A DNA stretch of 64,000 bases. Origin: Candidatus Krumholzibacteriia bacterium. Its GTDB lineage: Bacteria > Krumholzibacteriota > Krumholzibacteriia > LZORAL124-64-63. How positions within the stretch are numbered: position 1 is the first letter of the stretch; every line of letters begins with the position of its first letter. The notes under the pieces were generated by a model, which worked only from the letters and a program-made list of their open reading frames with translations, was not told the DNA's origin and made no database searches. This document shows, in pieces, positions 34,246 through 43,629 of this stretch. The DNA is taken from the NCBI GenBank assembly GCA_050174015.1, contig JBFXKG010000018.1, forward strand, positions 25,510 through 89,509. The letters run 5' to 3'. The position numbers were made by a program, and so were the translations under genes.

Positions 34246-35277
34246 ATGCAAGGACGGACCCTCAGCCAGATCGCCCGGCTCCTGGGTGGAACGGTCAGCG
34301 GGGACGGGGATCCGATGATCACCGGCCTGGCCGACCTGGAGGAGGCCGGCCCCGGAGACCTGACCTTCGTCGCCGAGGTCTCCTACCTCGGCCGTCTGGG
34401 CGGGAGCCGCGCCGGCGCGGTGGTTCTCTGCGAGGGAATGCCCGCGGATCGTCCCGCCATCTTCGTGGCCGACGCCTACGCCGCTTTCGCCTCTCTGCTG
34501 GCCGAACGGTTGCCGGACCCGGACCGGTCCTTTCCGCCGGGGGTCCACCCGACCGCGGTGATCGACCAGGATGCGGATGTGGGCAGGGCCCGGTCCATCG
34601 GGCCCTACTGCGTGGTCGGACCGGGGGTGGCGCTCGGCCGGGACTGCCGCCTCGGGCCCCACGTGATCCTGGGCGCGGACGTGCGCCTGGGCGACGGGTG
34701 CGTCCTCCACGGGCAGACGACCCTGAGGGAGGGCTGCATCCTGGGGGACCGGGTGGTGATCCACCACGGCTGCGTCATCGGCAGCGACGGGTTCGGCTAC
34801 AGGCCCGGGCCCGCGGGCATGGTCAAGATCCCCCAGGTGGGGATCGTCCAGATCGACGACGACGTGGAGATCGGCGCGGGCGTGACCATCGACCGGGCGA
34901 CCGTCGGGAGGACCCGGATCGGAACGGGATCGAAGATCGACAATCAGGTACAAATCGGTCACAATGTCACGATCGGGCGGCACTGCGCCCTCAGCGCCCT
35001 GACCGGCATCGCGGGCAGCACGACCCTGGAGGACGGGGTCGTCGTCGGCGGACAGGTCGGCATCGCGGATCACCTGCGAATCGGGGCCGGCGCCATGATC
35101 GGCGGCAAATCGGGCGTCTGGCGGGACGTGCCCCCGGGAGCGACCCTGTTCGGCTACCCGGCTCTCGACATCAAGGAAACCTTCAGGATCACCGGCGCGA
35201 TGCGTCTGCTGCCGGACCTGATCAAGCGATTCAGGCGCCTGGAAAAACGAGTCCAGGCCTCGACGGACAAGGAGTAG
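34246..35277 (+). CDS. lpxD: UDP-3-O-acylglucosamine N-acyltransferase
   Basis: GVHPTAVI, hexapeptide repeats, IGSDGFGY, KIPQVG, IDRAT, KIDNQVQIGHNV. Confidence 0.96.
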   Translation: MQGRTLSQIARLLGGTVSGDGDPMITGLADLEEAGPGDLTFVAEVSYLGRLGGSRAGAVVLCEGMPADRPAIFVADAYAAFASLLAERLPDPDRSFPPGVHPTAVIDQDADVGRARSIGPYCVVGPGVALGRDCRLGPHVILGADVRLGDGCVLHGQTTLREGCILGDRVVIHHGCVIGSDGFGYRPGPAGMVKIPQVGIVQIDDDVEIGAGVTIDRATVGRTRIGTGSKIDNQVQIGHNVTIGRHCALSALTGIAGSTTLEDGVVVGGQVGIADHLRIGAGAMIGGKSGVWRDVPPGATLFGYPALDIKETFRITGAMRLLPDLIKRFRRLEKRVQASTDKE

Positions 35278-35283
35278 GAGCCC

Positions 35284-36597
35284 GTGCTCTGGTTGCAGCG
35301 AACCCTCAAGGGCACCGCGGTCATGGAAGGGGTGGGCCTCCACACCGGCGCCCCCTGCCGCATGACGTTCCGGCCCGCTGCGCCCAACACCGGCCTGGTC
35401 TTCGTCGTTTTGGACGGCGGGCGCGAGGTCAGGATCCCCGCCCTGGTGGAGAACGTCTCCCCGGACCAGGACCTGACGCGTGCGACCACCCTGGCCGGGG
35501 ACGGGGTCCAGATCACCACCGTCGAACACGTCCTGGCCGCCCTGATGGGCATGGGGATCACCAACTGCGAGATCGTCCTGGAAGGCGGGGAACCCCCGGT
35601 CGTGGGCTGCGCCAGCGCCCTGCCCTACGTCGAGATGATCGACCGGGCGGGAGTGCAGGACCAGGGCCTGCCCGCCCTGACCTACCGGGTGGCCCGGCCG
35701 GTCACCTGGCGCAACGGCGACGTGGAGATCAGCGTGGAGCCGGCCGACCAGTTCATCCTCTCGTTCCACATCGACTACGACAATCCGGCCATCGGCATCC
35801 AGGCGGCCACCTTCGAGATCGGTCCGGACATCTTCCGGTCGGAGATCGCCCCCGCCCGCACCTTCGCGCTCCTGAAGGACGTGGCCATGCTCCAGGACAT
35901 GGGCCTGGTCAAGGGGGGGTCCGTGGACAACGCCCTCGTTTTCGGCGAGGACGGCCTGGAGGGGGGGCAGGAACTGCGGTTCGCCGACGAGTGCGTCCGG
36001 CACAAGATCCTCGACCTGCTGGGGGATCTGGCCTTGCTGGGGATGCCCATCCGGGGGCACGTTCACGCCCGGCGATCGGGCCACAACGGCAACGTGACCT
36101 TCACCCGGATCCTGGCCGAGACCGAGCGGAAGCAGCCCCGCATCTACCCGCCCCGCAACCCGCTCCAGTGGGACATCGTCTCCATCATGGACATCATGCC
36201 CCACCGGTATCCCTTCCTGCTCGTGGACCGGATCACCGAACTCGAGCCGGGCAAGCGCGTGGTGGGGCTGAAGAACGTGACCATCAACGAGCCGTTTTTC
36301 CAGGGCCACTTCCCCGGACACCCCATCATGCCGGCGGTCCTGATCATCGAGGCCATGGCCCAGACCGGGGGAGTGCTGCTGCTGAGCGCGTTCGACGACC
36401 CCAGGGGCAAGCTGGTCTACTTCAGCGGGATCGACAACGCCCGCTTCCGTCAACCGGTCACCCCGGGTGACCAGATCCGTTTCGAACTGGAAATGATCAA
36501 GCTGCGGGGATCCATGTGCAAGATGCGCGGGATCGCCTGGGTCGGCGACGCCAAGGTTGCCGAGGCGGACCTGATGTCCACCGTCGTGGACAGCTGA
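35284..36597 (+). CDS. lpxC: Bifunctional LpxC-FabZ
   Basis: [29 protein letters not shown] (LpxC), then [33 protein letters not shown] (FabZ). Confidence 0.96.
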   Translation: MLWLQRTLKGTAVMEGVGLHTGAPCRMTFRPAAPNTGLVFVVLDGGREVRIPALVENVSPDQDLTRATTLAGDGVQITTVEHVLAALMGMGITNCEIVLEGGEPPVVGCASALPYVEMIDRAGVQDQGLPALTYRVARPVTWRNGDVEISVEPADQFILSFHIDYDNPAIGIQAATFEIGPDIFRSEIAPARTFALLKDVAMLQDMGLVKGGSVDNALVFGEDGLEGGQELRFADECVRHKILDLLGDLALLGMPIRGHVHARRSGHNGNVTFTRILAETERKQPRIYPPRNPLQWDIVSIMDIMPHRYPFLLVDRITELEPGKRVVGLKNVTINEPFFQGHFPGHPIMPAVLIIEAMAQTGGVLLLSAFDDPRGKLVYFSGIDNARFRQPVTPGDQIRFELEMIKLRGSMCKMRGIAWVGDAKVAEADLMSTVVDS

Positions 36598-36621
36598 TCC
36601 GCCGCCAAAAGGAGGATTGAC

Positions 36622-37443
36622 TTGGATCCATTGAAGATCAAGAAGGTCACCGGGCCCCGTCCCCTGCGGGAAGCGGAGATCCACCCCACCGCGGTGGTCC
36701 ACCCGTCCGCCCGCCTGGGCCACAACGTGAAGATCGGGCCTCATTCGGTGATCGGTCAGGACGTCACGATCGGCCCGGATTGCGTGATCGGCAGTTCGGT
36801 CCTCATCGACGGCAACACCATCATCGGATCCAACAACCGCTTCTTCCACGGCGCAGCCATCGGCAGCGAGCCCCAGGACAAGAAGTACCACGGGGAGAAG
36901 TCCTACGTGGAGATCGGCGACAACAACGACTTCCGCGAGTTCTGCACCGTGCACCTGGCGACGGGCGAGGGCGAGGCCACCCGCATCGGCAGCAACAACC
37001 TGCTGATGGCCTACGTGCACATCGCGCACAACTGCCACATCCACGACAACACGGTCATCGCCAACGCGGTGAACCTGGCCGGGCACGTCGAGGTCGAGAG
37101 CTGCTCGACCATCGGCGGCCTCACGCCGGTGCACCAGTTCGTGCGCATCGGGGCCTACAGCTTCGTGGGCGGCGGCAGCCGCCTGCCCCAGGACGTCCCT
37201 CCGTTCATCAAGGTGGCGGGCAATCCCGTCGAGGTGGCCGGGGTCAACAGCATCGGCCTGAAGCGCAACGGCTTCACCGACGAGGAACTGCTGAACCTCA
37301 AGAAGGCCTACCGGCTCCTGTACCGGTCGGGCCTGAACGTGACCCAGGCCCTCGAGCGCATCGCCACCGATTGCACGCTCGACCGCAGGATCGAGGAGCT
37401 CATGGCGTTCATCCGGCGTTCGGAGCGGGGGATCGTCCGCTGA
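36622..37443 (+). CDS. lpxA: UDP-N-acetylglucosamine acyltransferase
   Basis: IHPTAVV, PQDKKY, MAYVHIAHNC, LAGHV, VHQFVRIG, DVPPF. Confidence 0.96.
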   Translation: MDPLKIKKVTGPRPLREAEIHPTAVVHPSARLGHNVKIGPHSVIGQDVTIGPDCVIGSSVLIDGNTIIGSNNRFFHGAAIGSEPQDKKYHGEKSYVEIGDNNDFREFCTVHLATGEGEATRIGSNNLLMAYVHIAHNCHIHDNTVIANAVNLAGHVEVESCSTIGGLTPVHQFVRIGAYSFVGGGSRLPQDVPPFIKVAGNPVEVAGVNSIGLKRNGFTDEELLNLKKAYRLLYRSGLNVTQALERIATDCTLDRRIEELMAFIRRSERGIVR

Positions 37444-37474
37444 CCGGTGGGATCACCGGAAAGGCTCACGCGTC

Positions 37475-38653
37475 GTGAAGGGCAATGACACCCGGCATAT
37501 CTTCCTATCCTGCGGCGAGGCCAGCGGGGACCGGTACGGGGCGGATCTCATATCCGCCCTGCGCTCTTTGGACCCGGACCTGCGGATCTCGGCCATGGGC
37601 GGCGAGCTGGTCGCCGCCGCCGGCGCCGAGATCGTGACCCCCAGCGAACCCCTGGCGGTCATGGGCTTCACCGAGGTGGTGCAGGCCTGGGCCGAGATCC
37701 GCCGCGCCCGGCGGTCCATCGACCTCTTCCTGAAGGCCGAAGGGGTCGACCTGGTCATCCCCCTGGATTTCCCCGGCTTCAACGGCTGGCTCGCCGGACG
37801 CGCCCGTTCCCTGGGCATCCCGGTGTTCTGGCTCATCGCGCCCCAGCTGTGGGCGTGGGGGGGCTGGCGAACGCGCGGATTCCGCGGGAAGATCGACCGG
37901 CTGGGCACCATCCTGCCGTTCGAGACCGGATTCTTCCGCGAGCGGGGATTCGACGTCTTTCCCATGGGGCACCCGCTGATGGACGACTACGGGGGGGACT
38001 TCCCCTTCCAGGAGAGTCTGGCCCGGCGGGAGCGGAACCTGCACGACCGGGACAAGCTCCTGACCATCGGCCTGTTTCCCGGCAGCCGGCGCCAGGAGCT
38101 CGAGCATCTCCTGCCGACCCTCAAGGTCACCGCCCAGGCCGTCGGCGGGCACCTGGGCAACCGGCCCCTGAAGTTCCTCGCCAGCGTGGCGCCGGGCATC
38201 GATCCGCAGTCGGTCCGGGACGCCTTCGAAGGCCACGTGGAAACCACCCGGGATCCGGTGGCGCAGATCCTGCCCGGCTGCGATCTGGCGCTGGTCTGCA
38301 GCGGGACGGTCAGCCTGGAGGCCGCCCTGGCCGGAGTGCCTCACGAACTGGTCTACCATACCGGGGCCTTCAACTACTTCATCGCCCGCAAGCTGGTCCG
38401 CGTGCCCTACATCGGCCTGAGCAACCTGCTGCTCGACCGGCCCGTGGTGCGGGAGCACGTCCAGGAAGGCGCCTCCCCGCTGCCTCTGGCCCGCAGCCTG
38501 TTGCGCTGGATCGCCCGCCCCGCCGAGCGCGAGGTCTTCTACGGGGATTGCCGGGAACTGCGCGGGAAGTGCGGAGCCCCGGGCGTCTGGCGGAGGACGG
38601 CCGCCGAGATCCTCCGTTTCGCAGGATCCGGCCGGAACGGGGCCGGTGGTTGA
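37475..38653 (+). CDS. lpxB: Lipid-A-disaccharide synthase
   Basis: GEASGD, AVMGFTEV, DFPGFN, PQLWAW, LPFE, GHPL, PGSRRQE, SGTVSLE. Confidence 0.94.
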   Translation: MKGNDTRHIFLSCGEASGDRYGADLISALRSLDPDLRISAMGGELVAAAGAEIVTPSEPLAVMGFTEVVQAWAEIRRARRSIDLFLKAEGVDLVIPLDFPGFNGWLAGRARSLGIPVFWLIAPQLWAWGGWRTRGFRGKIDRLGTILPFETGFFRERGFDVFPMGHPLMDDYGGDFPFQESLARRERNLHDRDKLLTIGLFPGSRRQELEHLLPTLKVTAQAVGGHLGNRPLKFLASVAPGIDPQSVRDAFEGHVETTRDPVAQILPGCDLALVCSGTVSLEAALAGVPHELVYHTGAFNYFIARKLVRVPYIGLSNLLLDRPVVREHVQEGASPLPLARSLLRWIARPAEREVFYGDCRELRGKCGAPGVWRRTAAEILRFAGSGRNGAGG

Positions 38654-39263
38654 CATGGGGCTGCAGGGGTGGAAAATGACCCTCGCCCCGCCGGCCTGGT
38701 CCGCCTACTGCGCCCTCACCGACGTGCCCGAGGCGGCGCCTCCGGGACCCGGTGATCCCCCGCTCATCTACGCCTGCCTGCACCGGGACATCCTTCCGGC
38801 CATTCGCCACCTGCGAGCGGTCCAACCGGTCCTGCTGGTGAGCCTCAGCCCGGACGGGGACATCCTGGTTCGCACCCTCGGCGAGGATGCCTATGGTTTC
38901 GTGAGGGGGTCCACCGGCAGCGGAGGCGGGAGGGCCCTGGCCGGCCTGAGGCGCTGCCTGGAGGACGGCCGCTCGGTCGGTCTGGCCGTGGACGGGCCCA
39001 AGGGGCCCTTCGGCAAGGTCCAGGAGGGAGTGCTTCACCTGGCGCGGTTGACGGGGCGGCAGATCCAGCCCTTGCGGATCCGGGCCACCAGGGCCTGCCG
39101 CCTGGGAACCTGGGACCGGACCCTGATCCCCCTGCCCTGGAGCCGGGTGACGGTGGTCCGGGGGAACCTTTTGCAGGTGGGGCCGGATGCGCCGGAGTCC
39201 GAGTTCGAGAAGGTTCGCCGCGAGTTGGAGCAGTTTCTCGGGGATGACGGACATGTCATTTGA
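38646..39263 (+). CDS. DUF374-family acyltransferase-like protein
   Basis: VSLSPDGD, VRGST, AVDGPKGP, WDRTLIPLPWS. Confidence 0.85.
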   Translation: MVDMGLQGWKMTLAPPAWSAYCALTDVPEAAPPGPGDPPLIYACLHRDILPAIRHLRAVQPVLLVSLSPDGDILVRTLGEDAYGFVRGSTGSGGGRALAGLRRCLEDGRSVGLAVDGPKGPFGKVQEGVLHLARLTGRQIQPLRIRATRACRLGTWDRTLIPLPWSRVTVVRGNLLQVGPDAPESEFEKVRRELEQFLGDDGHVI

Positions 39264-40344
39264 AATAATGGATTTACGGCCCAGATCCCAGATCCTGGCG
39301 GGTCGGCTCTGGTCGAGGTCCGCCGCCCGGGAGCGGGCCCCGGGGGAGGCCGGCTGGTGGGACCGGGCGGTGGCGGCCTGGACCCTCGGGCGCGTCCGGC
39401 GACGACGCCTTCCGGCGGGCGGGCCCTTCCTCGTATCCCTCGGGAATCTTTCCCTGGGGGGGACGGGCAAGACTCCGGTCCTGCTGCGCCTGGCGGCCGA
39501 CCTCGCCGGCGCGGGCCTGGCCGTCGGCATCCTCACCCGCGGCTACGGCTCGGCCCTGCCCGGGCCCCTCGTCGTTTCCGCCGGGAACGAGGGCTGCGGG
39601 GACGAGGCGCGCCTGATGGCCTCCCGGCTGGCGGGGACCGGGACGGTGGTGGTCCAGGCGCGGCGCCGGTCGGCCGGCCTGGAATTCCTGCGGCGGCAGG
39701 CCCCGGACCTGGACCTGGTCCTGCTCGAGGACGCCCACCAGACCGGGGGGATCGGCCGGGACCTCGACGTCCTCCTGCTGGACCGCTGGCGGGTCGAGGA
39801 ATCCCCGGGCCGGACCGGTCACCTGATTCCCCTGTGCGGTCCCGTCCTGCCCTTCGGCCCCTGGCGGGAGCCTGCGGACGGCGCCCGGCGGGCGGGGATC
39901 TGGCTGGTCGAGGCTGAACGGGCGGCGGCCGGGGTGGGCCGATGGGGCGGGCCGGTGGCCGCCTTCGCGCGGCGACCGGTCCTGGGCGTGGGCACCATCC
40001 CGGGTCGGGCCGTCAAGGACGGGCCCTGGGCGGCGCTTTCCGGCATCGCCAGGCCCGAACCCTTCGAGGCCGCAGCGACCGCCGCGGTGGGCTCGGAGCC
40101 CGCCCTGGTGATCCGTTGCCGGGACCACGAGCCCTTCGGGCCTGGGGTCCGGGGCAGGATCCTGGCCGCCGTGCGGCGATGCGGCGCGTCGAGCGTGGTC
40201 TGTACGGCCAAGGACTGGATCAAGCTGGAGGGGGTCTGGCCCGGCGACCTCAACGGGGTGGTCCTGGACCAGCGGCTGGTGTGGACGAGCGAACCGGCGC
40301 TCCCGGATCTGATCCGGAAGCGCCGGTCATCGTCCCGCAGGTGA
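39253..40344 (+). CDS. lpxK: Tetraacyldisaccharide 4'-kinase
   Basis: SLGNLSLGGTGKTP, LTRGYG, GDEA, EDAHQ (variant of DDxxQH), GPWREP, GIARPE, DH, TAKD. Confidence 0.88.
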   Translation: MSFEIMDLRPRSQILAGRLWSRSAARERAPGEAGWWDRAVAAWTLGRVRRRRLPAGGPFLVSLGNLSLGGTGKTPVLLRLAADLAGAGLAVGILTRGYGSALPGPLVVSAGNEGCGDEARLMASRLAGTGTVVVQARRRSAGLEFLRRQAPDLDLVLLEDAHQTGGIGRDLDVLLLDRWRVEESPGRTGHLIPLCGPVLPFGPWREPADGARRAGIWLVEAERAAAGVGRWGGPVAAFARRPVLGVGTIPGRAVKDGPWAALSGIARPEPFEAAATAAVGSEPALVIRCRDHEPFGPGVRGRILAAVRRCGASSVVCTAKDWIKLEGVWPGDLNGVVLDQRLVWTSEPALPDLIRKRRSSSRR

Positions 40345-40352
40345 CGGCCCGG

Positions 40353-40964
40353 TCACTCGGAGGAGACGACCCCGAAGAAGGTGACCATCAGGCCGGCGGG
40401 GATCGAGACCTCGTATTCGCTGCCCGACTCGTGCCCGTGGAAGGTGATCTCCAGGGCCGCGGTGAAGCTGGACGGGACCCCCTCGGGGTCGATGAAGTCC
40501 AGGTACAGCTGGCGGAACCAGGGCTCTTCCTTCATGAGGCGATCGGCGACCAGGATCTGGACGACCGCCTGGTCGTCGATCGGGACGATGGCGTCGGCCA
40601 GGCCGCCGGTGACGTTGTAGTCCGTCAAGCCTTCGGGGGCGCTGGGGCCGGGGTGCCAGGTCAGGTCGTAGCTGGTGATGTGGAACCAGCTGTAGGTCCC
40701 GTTCTCGGGGATGACCATGTTGTTGTTCATCGCCCTGGCCTGGAAGACGACGGGGATCCAGTCGATGGGGGCGAAGTCGTCGTCGGTGCCCAGGATCTTG
40801 TCGTTGCCCGAGTTCAGGTAGGCGGAGACCAGGGGGGCCCCGGCGTTGACGGATTGGACCTCGCAGACCAGCCTCTGAAGTTCGTTATTGCTTGTGTCGC
40901 ATCCGGCAAGGACTGTCAGACCCACCGTCAGGGCGAGCATCGTGATCAGAAGACGGGATTTCAC
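40353..40964 (-). CDS. Hypothetical lipoprotein
   Basis: GGAGG RBS then GTG; lipobox LAGC; strong host codon bias on the minus strand. Confidence 0.8.
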   Translation of the reverse strand: MKSRLLITMLALTVGLTVLAGCDTSNNELQRLVCEVQSVNAGAPLVSAYLNSGNDKILGTDDDFAPIDWIPVVFQARAMNNNMVIPENGTYSWFHITSYDLTWHPGPSAPEGLTDYNVTGGLADAIVPIDDQAVVQILVADRLMKEEPWFRQLYLDFIDPEGVPSSFTAALEITFHGHESGSEYEVSIPAGLMVTFFGVVSSE

Positions 40965-41117
40965 GGTTTCATCCTCCAGGTGGATGGACTTCCGGCGGCG
41001 CTCCTCCAGTGGACACACCCCGCCCGGGAAGTATATGTTCGGTTCCTGGATCTATTTTCGGCAGATGGCGTCCGGGCTTTAGCGGGATTATTCTGGGGGC
41101 ATGCCCCGAGGAGCACC

Positions 41118-42794
41118 ATGAGGACCAGACAGGGCCCTTCCATCCACCGCAGCCACTATCTGGTGATCGGTTCCGGAATCGCCGGCCTGCAGTTCGCCCT
41201 GCTGGCGGCCGAATCCGGATCCGTGCGGGTCGTCACCAAGAAGGAAAGCCGGGAGAGCAACACGAACTACGCGCAGGGCGGGATCGCCGCGGTGGTCTCC
41301 CCCCTGGACGATTTCGAGCTCCACGTCCAGGACACACTCACCGCCGGGGACGGACTGTGCCGGGAGGACGTGGTCCGGCGGATGGTGGAGGCCGGCCCCG
41401 AGCTCATCCAGCGGCTGCTGGGGTACGGGATCCAGTTCTCCCGGGAAGGGGCCGGCGATGGAGAGGCCTTTTCCCTCGGGCGCGAGGGGGGCCATTCCCG
41501 GCGCCGGGTGCTGCACTGCCGGGATCTGACCGGCCGGGAGATCGAGGCCCGGCTGCTGGCGGCCTGCCAGGGCCATCCCGCGATCTCGCTGGCCGAGGAC
41601 CACATGGGTCTGGAGCTGATCCGGGGTGCTGACCTGGGCTGGCACGATCAGGCGGCCGAACGCATCGTGGGCGCCCGGGTCCTCGACCGCCGGAAGGTCG
41701 CCCAGGAGATCTACCTCGCCGATGCGGTCATCCTGGCCACCGGGGGCTGCGGCAAGGTCTACAGCTACACCAGCAACCCCGACATCGCGACGGGGGACGG
41801 CCTGGCCATGGCCTACCGGGCGGGAGCCGAGGTGCGCAACCTCGAGTTCGTGCAGTTCCACCCCACCTGTCTGTACCATCCCGACGCCAAGAGCTTCCTC
41901 ATCAGCGAAGCCGTCCGGGGGGAGGGCGCCGTCCTGGTCAACCAGCGGGGCGAACAATTCATGCCCCGGTACCATCCCCTGGCCGATCTGGCTCCCCGGG
42001 ACGTGGTCGCCCGCAGCATCGACCGCGAGATGAAGACCAGCGGCGAGCACTGCGCCTATCTCGATCTGCGCCATCTGGACCGCAAGCACGTGGAAGAGCG
42101 CTTCCCCAACCTGGTGGCCATCTGCCGGCGCTTCGGCATCGACATGGCCGGCGAGCTGGTGCCCGTCGTCCCGGCGGCCCACTACATGTGCGGGGGCGTG
42201 GCGGTGGACGGCTGGGGCCGGACCACCCTGCCCGGGCTGTACGCGGTAGGGGAGGTCGCCTGCACCGGGGTCCACGGGGCCAACCGGCTGGCCAGCAACT
42301 CCCTGCTCGAGGCCGTCTACTTCGCGGCCGCGGCCGCGGGCTCGGTGGCCGACGAGCCGGTCGTGGTCGCCCGACGGCCGGCCTCGTTGCCCGACAACTG
42401 GTTCGAACAGGAGGAGCCGGCGCCGCAGGTGGAGGCCATGATCCTGGAGCACGACTGGGACCTGGTGCGCCGCGTGATGTGGGACTACGTCGGCATCGTC
42501 AGGGACCACGAGCGCCTGGACATCGCCCTCATGAGGCTGCGGACCATCCGGGCCACGGTGGAGACCATCTTCGCGGACTCCCCGCTGGTGGCCGAGGTGG
42601 TCGAGCTGAGGAACATCGCCCTGCTCGGCGAACTGATCGTGCTGTGCGCCCGCGCCCGGCACGAGAGCCGGGGCCTGAACTTCACCCTGGACTATCCCGA
42701 CCGCCTGCCCGAAGCCGTCGATACCGTGCTGCGCCGCGGCGCCACCCTGGACGGCGAGTCCAGCTTCGAGCCCGGACCGGACAGCCATGCCTGA
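41118..42794 (+). CDS. nadB: L-aspartate oxidase
   Basis: IGSGIAG, NTNYAQGGIAA, REGGHSRRRVLH, QFHPT, ISEAVRGEG, AHYMCGG, HGANRLASNSLLE; GAGGAG RBS. Confidence 0.96.
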   Translation: MRTRQGPSIHRSHYLVIGSGIAGLQFALLAAESGSVRVVTKKESRESNTNYAQGGIAAVVSPLDDFELHVQDTLTAGDGLCREDVVRRMVEAGPELIQRLLGYGIQFSREGAGDGEAFSLGREGGHSRRRVLHCRDLTGREIEARLLAACQGHPAISLAEDHMGLELIRGADLGWHDQAAERIVGARVLDRRKVAQEIYLADAVILATGGCGKVYSYTSNPDIATGDGLAMAYRAGAEVRNLEFVQFHPTCLYHPDAKSFLISEAVRGEGAVLVNQRGEQFMPRYHPLADLAPRDVVARSIDREMKTSGEHCAYLDLRHLDRKHVEERFPNLVAICRRFGIDMAGELVPVVPAAHYMCGGVAVDGWGRTTLPGLYAVGEVACTGVHGANRLASNSLLEAVYFAAAAAGSVADEPVVVARRPASLPDNWFEQEEPAPQVEAMILEHDWDLVRRVMWDYVGIVRDHERLDIALMRLRTIRATVETIFADSPLVAEVVELRNIALLGELIVLCARARHESRGLNFTLDYPDRLPEAVDTVLRRGATLDGESSFEPGPDSHA

Positions 42795-43629
42795 TCCCTG
42801 GTTCGTCACCGCCTTCGGCGCCCACTATCCCGCCCTGTACGCCCACCGGGACGAGGCCGAGGCCGATCGTTGCCTGGACCTGCTGCCCCGGCTCGCTCCC
42901 CTGGAGGGATCGGGCCCGGCCGCCGGACTGCCCCTGCTCGATCTGGGCTGCGGCGACGGCCGGCACCTGGTCCCTCTGGCCTCCCTGTCCGTCCCGGTCG
43001 TCGGGCTGGATCTCTCGCCCCCGCTCCTGGCCGGCGCCCGCAGGCGCCTGGGCGACCCGGGGGGCGCCTCTTCCGCCGCCCTGGTCCGGGGCGACATGCG
43101 GCGTCTTCCCTTCTGCGACGCTTCCCTGGGCGGGGTGCTGTCCCTGTTCACAGCCTTCGGCTACTTCGGCCCTCTTGGGGCCAACGACCGGGTCGTGGCC
43201 GAGGTCGGCCGGGTGCTGGCCGCCGGGGGGCACTGGTTCCTGGACTACTTCGACGCCGGGCAGGTCAGGCGGGAGCTGGAGGCCGCGGGGGCCCCCGCCA
43301 GGCGCGACCGGGTGGCGGGACCATGCGCCGTCACCGAGACCCGGCGCCTCGGCCCCGCCGGGGAGGTGGTGATCAAGGACGTGGTCCTGACGCCCCTGCC
43401 CGGCCGGGAGGACGAGGCGGACGCCCTGGGCGTCGGCCCCGCGGGCCTGAGCTACCGGGAGCAGGTGGCCCTGTTCGGCCTGGAGGACCTGGACGCCCTG
43501 GCGGCCGCCCATCGCCTGGAGCGGATCGCCGGCGCCGGCGGCTACGAGGGCGAACCCCTCGGCGGCGGCAGCCGCTGGCTGCTGGTCTACCGGCGGCGGG
43601 AGGCCGGGGCCAGAGGGGAGGGCGCGTGA
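42787..43629 (+). CDS. Class I SAM-dependent methyltransferase (candidate bacillithiol N-methyltransferase)
   Basis: LYAHRD, LDLGCGDGRH, GLDLS, GDMRRLP, LFTAFGYF; overlaps nadB and bshC. Confidence 0.88.
   Translation: MPDPWFVTAFGAHYPALYAHRDEAEADRCLDLLPRLAPLEGSGPAAGLPLLDLGCGDGRHLVPLASLSVPVVGLDLSPPLLAGARRRLGDPGGASSAALVRGDMRRLPFCDASLGGVLSLFTAFGYFGPLGANDRVVAEVGRVLAAGGHWFLDYFDAGQVRRELEAAGAPARRDRVAGPCAVTETRRLGPAGEVVIKDVVLTPLPGREDEADALGVGPAGLSYREQVALFGLEDLDALAAAHRLERIAGAGGYEGEPLGGGSRWLLVYRRREAGARGEGA

Noticed and set aside
35284-36597. LpxC-FabZ fusion as a novelty
   Set aside because: Well known in Bacteroidota, Chlorobi and related lineages; useful only as a taxonomic hint.
39942-41117. Apparent 392-aa N-terminal extension of NadB (950-aa ORF)
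   Set aside because: It overlaps lpxK and the antisense lipoprotein; a good RBS and ATG lie at 41118.
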